Assembly: GCA_951406725.2 (NCBI GenBank)
Contig: OX597823.1
Span: 35,464,001-35,528,000 of the forward strand
Length of the DNA: 64,000 bases
Direction of reading: 5' to 3'
DNA from: Octopus vulgaris
Lineage: Eukaryota
A program made the translations under genes and the position numbers. Under the pieces are notes generated by a model. The model ran no database searches. It saw only the letters and a list, made by a program, of their open reading frames with translations, and was not told the origin of the DNA. Of the stretch, positions 38,161-51,970 are shown in pieces; within the stretch, counting starts at the first letter, position 1; every line of letters starts with the position of its first letter.

Positions 38161-39305
38161 CAGTAGTCTTACTTTTATCATGTGCTTTCACTGCACTACC
38201 GAGCGCAGGTTTGTGTGCCTTGCGTATATGCTGTGGTTTGTTGTGGTGCAATTTTCTGTATGTTATACATACTCGTAAGACCTGGTGTTTTTGTTATGTA
38301 TTTGTCTGAATGTCTTTTTTTATACCTAATATCCTTCCTAAGATAGGAATTGTTTCTGATTTTAGGCTCCACATTCGAGTTACCTCTATTTCGAGGTCTT
38401 TATACTTTGAAAGTTTCTCCATTTCTTTTAGAGAAACGTTGTCATCTGTTTGTATTGATACATCGATTAGAAAATTTTTTCTTGGTGATCTTTGATAACT
38501 ATATCCGGCCTGTTGGCCTTAATTTCTCTATGTGTGTGTATTGGCATATCCCCGAATATGATTGCTCTCTCATTTTCTGTGACCTTTTCTGGCGTGTACC
38601 TATGCCATCTTTTTTCTGATGTTATTTCATAGTGTTGGCATTGCTTCTAGTGTATATATATCCCAACTCTGTCGTGTCTGTGAATATATTCCTTCTTAGC
38701 CAGGACTGGGCAGCCAGAGATAATATGATTTATTGTTTCTTGTCCATCTCCACATATTCTGCAGTTACTTGTTATATTCCTTTTCATTATGTGTTTTTGG
38801 CGATTTTTGGTGGGAAGGCTTTGATCTTGTGATGCAATTAAAAATCTTTCAGTCGCTGCTTTGAGTTCTAAGCTTCACAGCCATTGTTGGGATTTTGCTT
38901 TGTCTATTTCTTTTCTGTCTGGCTTAACCCAATATTCGCCATGTAGGGGCTGTTCCAGTTTTAAAGCTTGTGTTGTTTCATTTTTCTTCATAGTTTTTAG
39001 GTACTGTGATTTCTTTTTTTGTATTTGTCAGCTTCCTTTGAAGATAGAAAACAGTTTTTTGTTTTGTTCATATTTTGTGGCTATTTGTATTAGTTTTCCT
39101 TGCTTCTGAAGTGGTTACTTCTGTAGTCATATCGTGGTTATTTTGTAATAGTTTTTTTTTTTAGCTGTATCAGGCCTCTATCACCTTCGATACATAGTAT
39201 AGGGACTTTCTATGTCAGATTTTGGTTGGTGCATTCTCAATCCTGTCATTATTTTTCTTGTTTTCCTGTTTAATTTGGTTAGTTCCTTTAGAGACCAGTT
39301 AAGAA
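38161..39305 (-). mobile_element. 5'-truncated R4/Dong LINE (RT C-terminus, REL endonuclease, 3' UTR)
   Basis: ILNWSLKELTKLNRKTRKIMT..MHQPKSDIE; ANRPDIVIKD..LIDVSI..KEMEKLSKYKDLEIEVTRMW (PD..D..K REL motif); ends in (TAA)n. Confidence 0.85.
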
Positions 39306-39345
39306 TATTATTATTATTATTGTTATTCTTGTTATTGTTGCTGCT

Positions 39346-39565
39346 AGGTGAATTAGCAAAGTCTTTAGAGCGTCGGACAGAATGCCCTACAGTATTTCTG
39401 CCAAGTCTGTACATTCTTAGTTGAAGTCTCTCAAGGGTCAACTTTGCCTTTCATCCTTCCAAGGTCGATAAAATAAAATACCATTTAAGTAATGAAGTTG
39501 AAAGTCTTGACTAACATCTTCCCCAAGATGTTTGTTTCTGGCTTTGTGTCTAGACCAGAAATAAT
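39346..39565 (+). mobile_element. SINE family B
   Basis: ggtcaactttgcctttcatccttccaaggtcgataaaataaaatacca core. Confidence 0.7.
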
Positions 39566-41308
39566 TATTTAGGGTGGTAGGTTAGCATAAAAGGAGAAGG
39601 TGAAAAAGAGGAAGAGTGAGAGGAAGAAGAATTGGTATATTAATCAATGGGCAATCTAAAAGATAAAGTTATGGTGCCTGGAGAAAGGCACGAGAGTGAT
39701 GTGCCAACGGTTGACAAATATATTACCATAGAGTTAGTGTTAAATGAGAAGCATTTTGATGTGACTCTTTGGTGATGGTGGTCGTAATGGTGGTACCGCT
39801 GCTGTTGTGGTTGTTGTTTCTGCTGTTACGGCTGCTAAAGCTGTTGTTGTTTCACATAAAATGAATGATTAATAAAATGATTTAAACTAGGGAATAAGAA
39901 CCAACTTTGGAAATTAGATCGCAATGAATAAATTTATATGAAGAATGAATATAAAATTAAAATATATTTTCCAATCAAGATTACTACCAATCTAAAAACT
40001 AATTTACAACTGTGCATTAACATTTTCAAACAAGCAGAACGTCCAAAAAATCATTTTGTTCAACGCTTTAGTTGATCAGTTATACTTCTGAAATAAGTAA
40101 GATTTGAGTCCATAAATTCCTATATTTTAAACGAAAAGAAAAGCGGGATATTTGCCATTCACATCGTTCTGAATGGAATTAGACACTACTCAGTTGCTAC
40201 TCGTGCGTATATGCAGGTTTAAATTTGTTTGGTCTCAGTATTTTGTTATAGAAACACATGGCAATTCTGACTTCCACCGTATTGAAATTGTTTGCATCTT
40301 AGTGGCTGAAAGTTGGGAAGTGTTTCAATCTTTTAAGGCTCGTGGCATTTTATTATCTCCCCGAAAATAATTATGATTCTTATCATTATCGCGAGTCACG
40401 AAAAACTACATATTTTCAAAACGAATCGGATTTGCTCTGTAAAACCGAATATATCTACATCCAAAATTCTCATCTGCTCAGTTTGTCTTTTTTGCTTCAT
40501 TATTGACAATAATGAGACGAGGAATGAATGGAAGTGTATGTTTGTGAAGCCGTTACTGGATATTCTTCAGCGTTGGCAGGTTAATTAAATTGGCTGCAAC
40601 TTGGAATCTAAACTAAAACATGGACTTGATTAATCATAAAATAACATCTAATCTACAGAGCTCTTCACACTTTACTGAACAAATATATAGATCTCCCCAC
40701 TTTCATAGTGAATATCGCTTATAAAACATGATTTAACAGTTAGAAATAAGACTGCCTCTATATTAATAATTCTTCGGCATGATTGAATCAAACGAAATAT
40801 AAATATGAAACAGTAGATACAGTACAAAGAAAAACAGGCAAACTTATATTTGTAGTCATTGTGACAGTTCATATAATATTACTGATGAGGGATTGCAATT
40901 TATAGAGCATATCCTAGACATAACGAATTACAAACGCAGTATTGCTGTGTGTGTAAGTGTGTGTGTGAGATATATGGAGAAAGAGAGAGTGAGTGAGTGA
41001 GAGAGATTCTAGACGGCAATATTAAAGAAAAACATAACATTCGAAAAACAATAGAGAAAGCTGAGTTGAATTTCTAGAATGATTTCATAACACTGTTTCG
41101 AGAGTTTTTGTACAACGTATTTAAAACTCAGCCGGTTGTTGATTTGGGCAGATGTAATAAATCGAATCATGTGGAGATAATAGAATGGTAGTGGAAAAAT
41201 TAAGAAAAATTTAAATAGAAACTAAAATCATGTTTGTGTGTGTGTGTGTGTTTGTATGTATGTATGTTTGTATGTATGTATGTATGTATGTATGTATGTA
41301 TGTATGTA

Positions 41309-41371
<63 letters not shown>

Positions 41372-41894
41372 TAAAATGAATCGGAAATTCATATAGTCAT
41401 ATAAACTTCTTTAATCTCATAAGTGACAAGCATGTAATAGAAAGAAAACAACTTTAATATAAAAAAAATGCAAGTATAACTCTTGAAATATTCAAAATTA
41501 AGTTACTTTAACATAAATCCCGTCGTTCGACATACTTCGATTTCGTATCCAGTTTGTCTTAATTATATTGACATAATGACTCTCTATATACACAACAAAA
41601 TAATGTTAGACAATTTAAAATGAAAAGAAAACAACTCCTACCAATAGAAATATTAATATTTCTAAGACTTTCTACGGCAGCAGTACTGGATATAGTTATC
41701 ACCATGGCAGTCCAGCAAAACAGGACGAATGCTGCCGTTGATTAGCTCCAAGAGGCCTTCGCCTCTAGCTAGCTATGTGACACACGAACCTGTATCCATT
41801 ACAACCTTCGAACAGGGGATTTCAGCAGCTTCCCCTTGCTGGTTCAACATCCATAAGACAAGTCAATAGCGACGCTTGCTGTGTTCGGCTACCC

Positions 41895-41933
41895 CACATT
41901 GAGAAGGGGCAAATAACCCGAAACTTGCATGTG
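41895..41933 (+). ncRNA. Variant minimal hammerhead-like motif
   Basis: CACAT-TGAGAA-GGGG-CAAATAA-CCC-GAAAC-TTGC-ATGTG: stems I and II and GAAAC present, core deviates from CUGANGA. Confidence 0.35.
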
Positions 41934-42213
41934 CAATCATTCCTTTCACCTGATTGTTGTTCTCAGGGTCTTTTTGCTCTTGTATAGAGAGTATTTCGCA
42001 CTGATGGCTGTAATTGATTTCAGCGCAAAATGAATCAGTTGCAGCGCAGACTTCAATACGATAGGTTGGGGGTCTCCATCAAGGTAACGCGTGCTGAAGA
42101 AGCTAAGGCGATTTTTTTGCCAGTGCAGAAACCGGTCCAAGCGAGACCAAATTCTTAAATAAACGTTAGGAGATTTTATTAACCTGATATGCTTTCAGTT
42201 GATTTCTGTAGTA

Positions 42214-42304
42214 GGCATCAGTGGAATCGAACTCGGAATCTTGGGGTTAGTTGCCCGCCCTCTTAACCAGTACGCCATATGCCCGTAAGCAGTGACCCGA
42301 ACAC

Positions 42305-42345
<41 letters not shown>

Positions 42346-42505
42346 TCATTCGAAAAATACTTTAGGAACGAGAACCCAAGACACCTGATGAAGGCTGGAG
42401 GGTATAGCAGCCGAAACGCTGTGTTAACAACAAACAAGATGAGGACAAATATCTGTCAAATGTAAATAATTTACATAATTCCTCATCTCTTAAATATGGA
42501 ACTGT
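42214..42505 (+). mobile_element. tRNA-head + (TAA)n + hammerhead element (copy 2), head inverted
   Basis: tRNA-like head on the minus strand 42214-42284 (TGGCGTACTGG A-box, GAGTTCGATTCC B-box); HHR on plus 42380-42425: GACAC-CTGATGA-A-GGCTG..CAGCC-GAAA-CGCT-GTGTT. Confidence 0.8.
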
Positions 42506-42599
42506 TTATGAAATTGTTCAATATAATTTCTCTGGTAAAAAATAAAATTAAAAAAAAAAATTCCTGGAATATAAAAGTCCATAAGGAATATATTCAAAC

Positions 42600-45140
42600 A
42601 AACTGAGAAAGTCTTTTGGGAAAGTGTACAATTCTACCACTTATAGTTTCCTTTTCATTGGTAGGTGATTTTAGAATTGACTTGTGGATCTTTTCCTCAA
42701 CCGTAAGTTCGCTGTTTTGTGAATTGTTCTGTTTCAAGTTATCTCAAATGTGTTATTCAAATTTTTATTTTCTGGTCAAAATAAGCTTTTTTAACTCTGT
42801 CTAAACTGACAATTTCTTTTTTACCATGCATATCCAAAGTCATAGTTTTATCTTTAATTGACAAAACTTTAAAAGGTCCAGTGTATTTATAATTCAGTGA
42901 ATGATGACTGGCATCATTATGTACAAATACATGAGTCCAATAATTAATATCAGAAGGAATGAAACTTTAATATTTTGTAATTTACTTGTAAAAGAAGGAA
43001 CATCAGAAAGAAATCTCTTGAGTCGGGTTACATAATATCTCCATTAAAAAAATTGGTTTCTTCAAACATTTCACCAGGTAGAATTAATGTTGTTCCGTAC
43101 AGAAGTTCAGCAGAATATTGCAAATTTCAACTGCCTATGAAACCTCTCTGTCATGCCGTTAGATGGTGGATGATAGGAAATAGTACGAATTCTGTGAATT
43201 CCCAACAATTTGTTAAATTCTGCAAAAAGTTGAGGCTCAAGTTGTCTTCCTTTCCACGACCTGTCGTCAATGAGTTAGGTATGCCGAATCTGGACATCCA
43301 ATTGGTAAATAAGTTTCTTGCTACAGTTACCGCAGATATGTCTTTGAGTGGATAAGCTTCTGGCCATCGCAAAAACGACGATCCCTACATCGTTTACATG
43401 TTAACAAATAACTATTACCTTCCACAGGAGGCAATGGTCCAACTATGTGAATATGAATGTGTTGTAATCTGGCATCAGGATTTGCAAAAATACCTAATGG
43501 TGCTTTAATATGACGATTCACTTTTGCTCTTTGGCACTGTATACAAGATTCAACCCAAGAACGAATATCCTTATTCATACCAGGCCTAACAAATCGATTC
43601 GATATTAATTTTAATGAAGCTCCAATGCCAGGGTGAGATAATTTATGTAAAGTAGAAAAAACAAACTTTTCTATGCTTTTCAGGCACAAATGGTCAAGAA
43701 AATCCTGTAGAAATATAACACCAAATATGTTATTTACAAGAATGAACCAGCAATAATTTAAATTTCAAAAAAGTAGAACTGGAATTTTTATATAAAGAAA
43801 ATTCTTTATCAGTAGTTTGATCCTTAGACATTTCTTCTAAATTGATAGTGCTTAATAAACATAATGTATCAACATTCATTCGAGAAATTCAGTTACAGAA
43901 TTTTCAGCACCTAGATATCTAATTTCTCTGGGAGAATATTTTTCAGAATAATTTTTTAGTGCATGTGTCAATGGTTTATGGTCAGTAAATAATATAAATG
44001 ACCTACCTTCAAGAAGATATCTGAAGTATTTAATTGACAAGTAAGCTGCCAACAGTTCTCTGCCGAAAACGCTGTATTTCATTTCTGGTACCTTGAATTT
44101 TTTTTTTTGAAAAGAAGGATATTGTAGGGTAGAATGCCCATATGCTGCATTTGAGAGCTTTTTGCTTTGATGTACTACAAAGGAAAAAGAGTGAGAACAG
44201 CTATGAACAGCAACATCGCTTCTAATAGACTACTGCTCCAACGACACTGTAAATAGCATCACATGGTTTAATGCTGAGAATGTTTCTTGACAGTCTACAT
44301 CTGGGTCAGATGTTATCTGTCAAGAACCCCTTTCTGAGTTACATTCTGTAGTTTCATGAAATCGTTCTGCGATTATGAATAGTTCGTCAACAGTAAACAA
44401 AAGTGAAAATTTTTGGGTGGAGTACAATAGAAAGAATATCTCCACCCACCAAAATTTCACCCCCAAACGATGGCAGCAGGACAAGTGGAAGGATATCCAC
44501 CCTATCATGAAATAAAACAAGACTGGGACCTCCACTTCACCCTCGAATGCCATGAAATTTATAGTCCTGAAAAAATCTAACGAGAACTTTTTTGGATTCC
44601 TAACTTCGAGAGAAGAAAAAGGAAACTAGATGGAGTTACTTTCTGAGAAATAGAGGCAAAATACAGAATTCTCAATAGAAAGCTTTTAGTGAAAAGTACC
44701 GGGTGCGACAAAATGATTTGACATATTTGTAAGTTTAATAAAAGCAAAATAGAGTAAAGAAGAAAAAATAGGTTTTTATTTTCGAAATGTACATATAATA
44801 CCATATTGTTTCATTTCGTTTTAAAACTTAAATCAGTCAAGTGGGTGTCGTTACTGCCCATACATTGTCGAAGGTATCCTAAATATTGGCTGATTTGTTT
44901 ATTTGTTTGGGTTGCTTCCCCATTGTGTAATGTGCTATTTCGTTTCAAAATATGTTTTTCCAAATTCCAGAAGTGATATTTTGTTCTTATGTTTAGATGA
45001 TATGATCACCTCAGAGTGCCTATTCATCACGTTTTCCCAGGCTGTTATGATTTCCAGGGTTTTATTTAGGTGTGGGTAACAGAATATCTACATCATTATA
45101 AAACATCCATAGAAAAGCTGTTATAAATATTCATCGCAAG
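42600..45140 (-). mobile_element. Degraded Ty3/gypsy LTR retrotransposon internal region (RNase H, integrase); outer boundaries uncertain
   Basis: YSVFGRELLAAYLSIKYFRYLLEGRSFILFTDHKPL (RNase H); LHKLSHPG...CIQCQRAK (integrase H2C2); HIHIVGPLP, RWPEAYPL, WMSRFGIPNSLTT (integrase core); LTRs not identified. Confidence 0.88.
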
Positions 45141-46239
45141 GTTCTCTATCAAGGAAAAAATTAACACTCGTTTGTGATATGCCAAGTCATAGACAGCAGT
45201 AAAACCAAGGAGAAAAGTTCATCCTGTGTGTATGTATGTATGTATGTATGTATGTGTGGGGTGCACTTGACTCTAGGTTAAAATAGTGTTTCACATTTAT
45301 AATAAAAATACAAACGTAAAATAGTGCAATGAGGCATTAGACACCACTTGAGCAGTTAAGAGGGTAGAAGATTAATGAATACCACCGACCAATACTTTAT
45401 TTTATCGAACCCTGTTCGGTGGGATTTGTACACAGAACATTAAAAACCAGTAAAAATAATGCCGGCAGGGATTTTGTTCGGCGTCCAAAAGATTCTGCCA
45501 ATCTACGACCCCCAATTAGAGTATAGTAACGTTAATAAATATTTATATTTATAAACTTGGGTGCAAGGTCCAAAATTGCTTTATCAAATTGGTTTATTTG
45601 ATTTTCTACAGGATATAATTATTTCTATTAATTATTTTGGAAATGCATAATGCATTCTCAAAAGAATTAGTAAAAATATTTCTATTTTGCAAATGATATT
45701 CATCCCTATGTAAGAATAATTATTTTACAATTCTGATCTCAGGAGAAATCAGTATCTTACTTTAGACATGGAACAACAATCTAGCTTGTTTTGTTCACGT
45801 ATCAGTCAGTTGATGAGGCATTTACTCCTTCCTCTCTGGCCAATAGCCGTTCACTGAGTATGTAAAGATTTATTTTGTATTTATTGCCTGACATTGGTTA
45901 ACCATTCACTAAGTGTGTGATGAAGAGCAAAGACAAGCTCTAATTTCAATAATGCAGAGTTAGCATTGTAAGTGATAACAAAATAGATTTGAAAAGTAAA
46001 ATATGTTTTATCAGCTGCTGGCTATAATTGACAATGTTGCTCTTATTTCCGACATTTTCTTTGCTATTGTTCTTGTAGTTTTATTATGAGTTTCTAAACA
46101 AATTAAAATTTCATTTCAAAACAAATGTCTCGAACGTTTGTTTTTCACACACTTTTTAGATTTGAAGTAAACTCTTGACTGAGACTGTTACTTGAAAAGT
46201 GCTCCAGCACTTTAGTTGCATATTCAGAATTTCTGCTTT

Positions 46240-46529
<290 letters not shown>

Positions 46530-46801
46530 GAGTAGACGAAGCATAGGCGGCTGAAGAAGGGGAATTTTCCTTGTGTTGTATGTCTTGTACTCTGTTTTTT
46601 CGTTGTTTAAAAAATTGTCCGTTTCCATGGTTTTGTTTTTATGTTTTCGTTTCTCATTGTGTTCGACCTTTGTTTGGTGTCCTGTATCCATATATGCATG
46701 TATATATACATATAGATGTAGGTACGTACATATATGTATGTATATATGCATATGTTTTATTTATTCTTTTGTTATTATATATATATATATATATATATAT
46801 A

Positions 46802-46950
46802 CGACGGGCTTCTTTCAGTTTCCACTCACAGGGCTTTGGTCGGCTCGAGGCTATAGTAGAAGACACTTGCCCAAGGTATCACGAAGTGGGTATTTCTGTA
46901 TGTATTTGGTGAGGAGGAAGGGGAAGCAAGCTTCTTACCACACAGCCACT

Positions 46951-46952
<2 letters not shown>
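46802..46952 (-). mobile_element. SINE family A (5' half)
   Basis: cgacgggcttctttcagtttcc...agacacttgcccaagg...agcaagcttcttaccacacagccactcct. Confidence 0.8.
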
Positions 46953-47031
<79 letters not shown>

Positions 47032-47236
47032 ATGTAATTGTGACATCAAAGGATATAAGCGTAGGAAGTTTGTAAGCTTCGAGAAGTCCGTAGTAGGTAT
47101 AAAAGCAATGTTCAAGAACAGTAATACTTTATTAGCGTCGAAGGTTGTTGGCTTTTGCCATTTCGAAGTGCGATAAGCTGAAAATGTTTTGTATACCTTA
47201 CGGTCAGCAGATAGAGTTGCTATGAATGCGAATAAA

Positions 47237-47519
47237 AATCCAAATTGAGGGAGTGACACAGGTAAAATCCAGGCTACGTATGTTTCATAGACAGCAGATC
47301 ATTTGATGTAATAATTACTTAACGAGGGGTACTCAGCTAGCTACTCATCTTCGAATACTTAATTTGGGATGCCCATGCGACAATCTAGCCATATAATTAA
47401 GGTATCTTCCGCCTCATGAATAGCTAGTTCTCGTTGTGTAATTATTACAACAGAAGATCTGGTAGCTAGGATTTGTATGTAGCCTTGATTTTACCTATCC
47501 CACTCCCTCAATTTGGATT
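47237..47519. repeat. Diverged inverted repeat, ~110-bp arms
   Basis: aatccaaattgagggagtg..aggtaaaatccaggctac..tgtaataattac vs gtaattattaca..gtagccttgattttacct..cactccctcaatttggatt. Confidence 0.8.
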
Positions 47520-50500
47520 ACATGTGTGTGTATGTGTGCGTGCGTGTTTGCGCGTATATATAAGGTGTATTTGTGTTTTGCTTTCTATAAATATAATAAG
47601 TATGAAATCAACTGAATATATTTGAATTATCTTCAATTTGTATTATAGATCAGGTTATTTAAATATTTCTAACTGGTTCATTCTAGATTTCTGCAAGTAT
47701 TAAATGCGGACGTGAATAAATTTCCTGCTAGATTGTCATTAATCTGCAACACATATTCAGAGACCTTGGTATGTTTCTTAGCGTAAATTAAATACATCAA
47801 CTGATATATTTAAAGATTTATAAAAGCAGATTAGATCTGAAGTTCGACTTTTAAATGCATCTTCACTTTTTCAGGGATTTACATTCAAAATGCATCAGCG
47901 CGCACACGCATGAACCGAATTTGTGTGTGTGTGTGTGTTTGTGTGTTTGTGTGCGTGAACATAAATAACCAACTTCTGTCCAAATAGAAATATTAATTCC
48001 TATGTAATACTTTTTCAAAGAGTTTTGTGGCTTTATAACCACCAAATTAATTGAATAGACATATGGATTCATTCTTTCTGCAACAGGCACACTATTTTCT
48101 TTACATTTGAGAGGCTATTTGATATTTAATTAAATACATTATTTCGTATCATTTATGGTTAGGCTGATTTATATTTCCGTTTTCTGAGAACAATTCCATC
48201 CCATCTACACTCAGGATTTATTTTGCATTTATTGCCTAACACTGGTTAAAAAAATAATTTTATTTCTTGGAGATTAAATTAGTGTTTACTGAATGTGGTT
48301 TTGATTCCAAATAGGACTTCATGTATAACATTTGAAATATTTCACGCTTTATTTTTTCTCAGTTTTACGAAAACTAAAATAAAATTTTGTACAAACTGTC
48401 AATGTTTTAGCAAAAAACAAAACAAAACAAAAACGGAAAAAACTTGAGTAATTCATAAATTAATTTTATTCCATTTGCCTACCACAGATTCAGTTAGATA
48501 TAAAAGTTAAATTTTTAAATCTACGGTATTTTGTTGTCATTGCATGACTATCTTAATGAATACTTACACCTTGTTCATCGCTTAACACACCAGAAAATCT
48601 TGATGAGTATTTTGGTATGAAGAAGGTACCAACTCCGCAACTAAAGGCAAAAGTGTACTATTCCTTTAAAACCTTTTTGCATAATCACTTCAAATATACC
48701 AAAGATTATATTCAAAATAATTAAAATTTAACCTTGTTGTAGATTTGGGAATTTTTTTACAAAGTTCTTGTAGTACTTATGAATTGCTTTTATTGATTTA
48801 ACTAAATTTTTCCTTAAAGTAAACTACACACAAAGTTGGTAGAAATATCTTCTTTGAATTGACAAAAGCGACATGATTGAACAGTGATAGACATAATTTG
48901 ACTTATTTGTACGTCTTCCATATTCGTTAATATTCCAATCATGCTAATTTTTTCATCAAAGTTCCATTCATAAACATGGCATCAAATATTGTCGAATATG
49001 TCACTATATTTTTCAACTAAACGAGACATAGAGCCACGTATACATGTCATTATTTCTTTCTTTTATGTTTACAAAATGGAGTATATGATTTTGGTATCAC
49101 ATTTTGTAGTGGAACTGCTTAGAAGGTTCTTTGTGACTACTTAACAGTCATATGGTACAAATGTCACAAAAAGGTTTATGGAGAGTTTAATGTCATTATA
49201 ACAGTAGAAAAGCATGTTACCAAATTATCATCTCACTCTCGGTTGCGGTTCACTTGTTCATTTCAGTGAAATGAATTTAATTCCTAGAAAGTCTTGAAGC
49301 GAGATACTCAACCTCCTCTCTAGAAAGGGATTAGTCCCTCACAAGATCATTATAATGTGTTGGAGAAATTAGTATATCAAACATTAACGTGGTATGTATT
49401 TAGAATCTGTAGAAATTTCAAAACCTGCATCAACTGCGGCTTCATCATGATTTTTTAAGGAAGCTAATTTATTATCTAAGGGAAAGGGAATAGCCATTGT
49501 GAGACTGGTCTATATGTAAAATACAAATTTATAACGATAATCATGTATTTATTCTCTACGGAGATCTCGCTATGTTAGCAATGCAACAACACTGACTATG
49601 AGCGTTATTGTTGTATGGGTATGGTAAAAGGTGTTGATCATGCTTCCTTGCTCTATCAATCATATAGTCCACTTAAACAAACAGAGAAGATGTGATGTGA
49701 TGCCATCTCCGTCTTGGTCAGCTGTTTGACCAGTAAATTATATCTGGTATATCTCCAGATATACCAGATATAAATTATATGATGGACTATATCTATGTGT
49801 TTGCGCCTCATTTAGATGGACAGAGTGGAAAAGGGAAATACACACTTTTACACTGACGTTATACATTAGGCTGTTCTGCTGCATAAGTTGACAGCTCGTT
49901 GTTCTATTTTATCAATAAAAAGATCACGAACATAACACAAACGTTTGAATGAATTCTATTTGCACGAGTGGCACTGATTAAATGAAAATGATTTCAGCAA
50001 ATATTCTGAAAATATAAAATATTTCAAACATAACTTTACGTGCTGCTAAAAAAATACATACAAAACAGTTTTGAAATCAACATTGAAAAATGTTTTCTAG
50101 TTCATCCATTTCTCGTGTTACATGCTTGCGGCTTCTTCAGTATATACAACTTGTATCGAATGTCTTCGTGCTTCTCGGTCCTGATAGTCTACTGCAACAC
50201 CTGAAGTTCTTTGGGCATGACGTTTCGTATCCGTTTAATGCATATTTAATGAAATTGTTAAGAAAGATTAAAAACGTCTCTTCGGCATTTCATTAGCAAT
50301 TACTTGCAATTTCTACGACTGTAAACTTACATATTTACTTCTTCGAAGGTATTGATAGATTAATTACAAATATAAAATAATATTCGAATATTGTAATTGT
50401 TAAGGTATATTCACAATTGTGAATTTAAAGTCGTCAGTTCCAGTCCCATTCTGATCGACTTTTCCCAACATCCGTTCCAGGGTAGGTTAAATATTTGCCA

Positions 50501-50599
50501 GTGAAATTGTAGATTCCATTAACTCGTATATACTCACTAACTCACTCAATCCATGACGTGGTCGAGTTGAAATGTGAACTATAGAAACGCCACAAAGCT

Positions 50600-51500
50600 T
50601 CGCAAGAAGTAATGGTATAACGTGTATTCTACACTTAGAAAAATGGGAGGTTAATCCAGCGTTAGTTAACCACCTACTACAAATGCTATTTCCAGATGGT
50701 CCTCAATATTCCCGACAGTTCTGTAAACTGCATAATACAGCTAAACACGTTTAGGTGCGGCATGCCATCAAGGTAAACCTCAAAGTATACCACTCCTCGA
50801 AAAGTGGTATACTTTGGGATCGGCAAAGTTCTGCCGAGACACCGTGCTTGGAATCTGTTTGGAATCGGAGAGCACACAGCCGCTACGGTCCGTCACGGAC
50901 TGAATTCTAGATTTGTTACCGTGTTGTGCCTATGCTGCCCGGGCCCAACCAACGGCTTTTGAGTCTTCATTTTTTTCAGCGCACATACCCTATCTCGGAC
51001 AATGCAGCCTTCTTGTTTCACGTGGAAGAAATGGTCAAGTGCCATTCTCACCGCAAATCGCTTTCTATCCCTCTGTTATGTGCCTCTTCTAAGATACCAA
51101 CTAGTTTATTTTCTGTTCTATTGTTTTCTTAAAGCAATTTCTTTGAGAAACTGATATGAATTCATTTTCCTTTTCAGAGAAACTCAATTCCTGCTGCTCC
51201 CGTCAGTTTCAGTTTTACTCGTCAACTAATGCGCTCCCTGAAATCTTTCCGCGCCGGGAAGGACGCATTCATCTTCCAGCAACAGGGTCCTTGTCTAATT
51301 GCCTTAGCTAACTTGACTGTAATGGTCCCAACTTTGTAATCTGAATAGCGAACGACCTGAAATTGTGAGCAGCTTATACAATAAAATGACCTAATACAAG
51401 TCCTATGTAAGTATGTCCTGGATGACCCACTGTGATTTGACCAAATCCATAATTGTTGTATATGGAATATCGAGGCGAAGCCTGTCATACAGTTGGAAAT
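50600..51500 (-). mobile_element. Tx1-like LINE ORF2 fragment (APE C-terminus and linker)
   Basis: WIWSNHSGSSRTYL...YSDYK...GPCCWKMNAS (51222-51488); LDGMP near 50760. Confidence 0.7.
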
Positions 51501-51519
51501 TTCTGAGAAGGATTTTTCT

Positions 51520-51684
51520 CAGCAGCATTTCTTTCTTTATTACGTTCTGAGTTCAAATTCTGCTGAGGCCGACTTTGTTATTCATCCTTTCAGTGTCGAT
51601 AAAGTACCAGTGTAACACTGGGAACGATGTAATCGACTGGTCACCTCCTTCCAAATTTCAGACCCTGTGCCTGTAGTAGAAAGG

Positions 51685-51748
<64 letters not shown>

Positions 51749-51970
51749 CAACGATCCAGTACAATCGTTAGCACACTGGTGAAAATGAGGTCGATAAATT
51801 AAGTACCAGTTACGTACTGGTGTCGATCTAATCGACCGGCCCCTCCCCCAAATTTCGAGCCTTGTGCCTAGAGCAGAAAAGAATGAAATAAGTATCTGTT
51901 GAGCACTGGGGTCTATGTAATCAGCTAGTCCACTCCCATAAATATTGCTGGCCTTGTTCCAAATTAAGAA
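51520..51970 (+). mobile_element. SINE family B copies separated by (ATT)n
   Basis: ttacgttctgagttcaaattctgctgaggccgacttt..tcatcctttcagtgtcgataaagtaccag; gaggtcgataaattaagtaccag. Confidence 0.75.

Noticed and set aside
40877-40925. CTGATGA-GGGAT..ATCCT hammerhead-like start
   Set aside because: No GAAA or stem III follows stem II; too decayed to call
42214-42284. Functional tRNA gene
   Set aside because: Imperfect stems and embedding in a repeat indicate a SINE-type head
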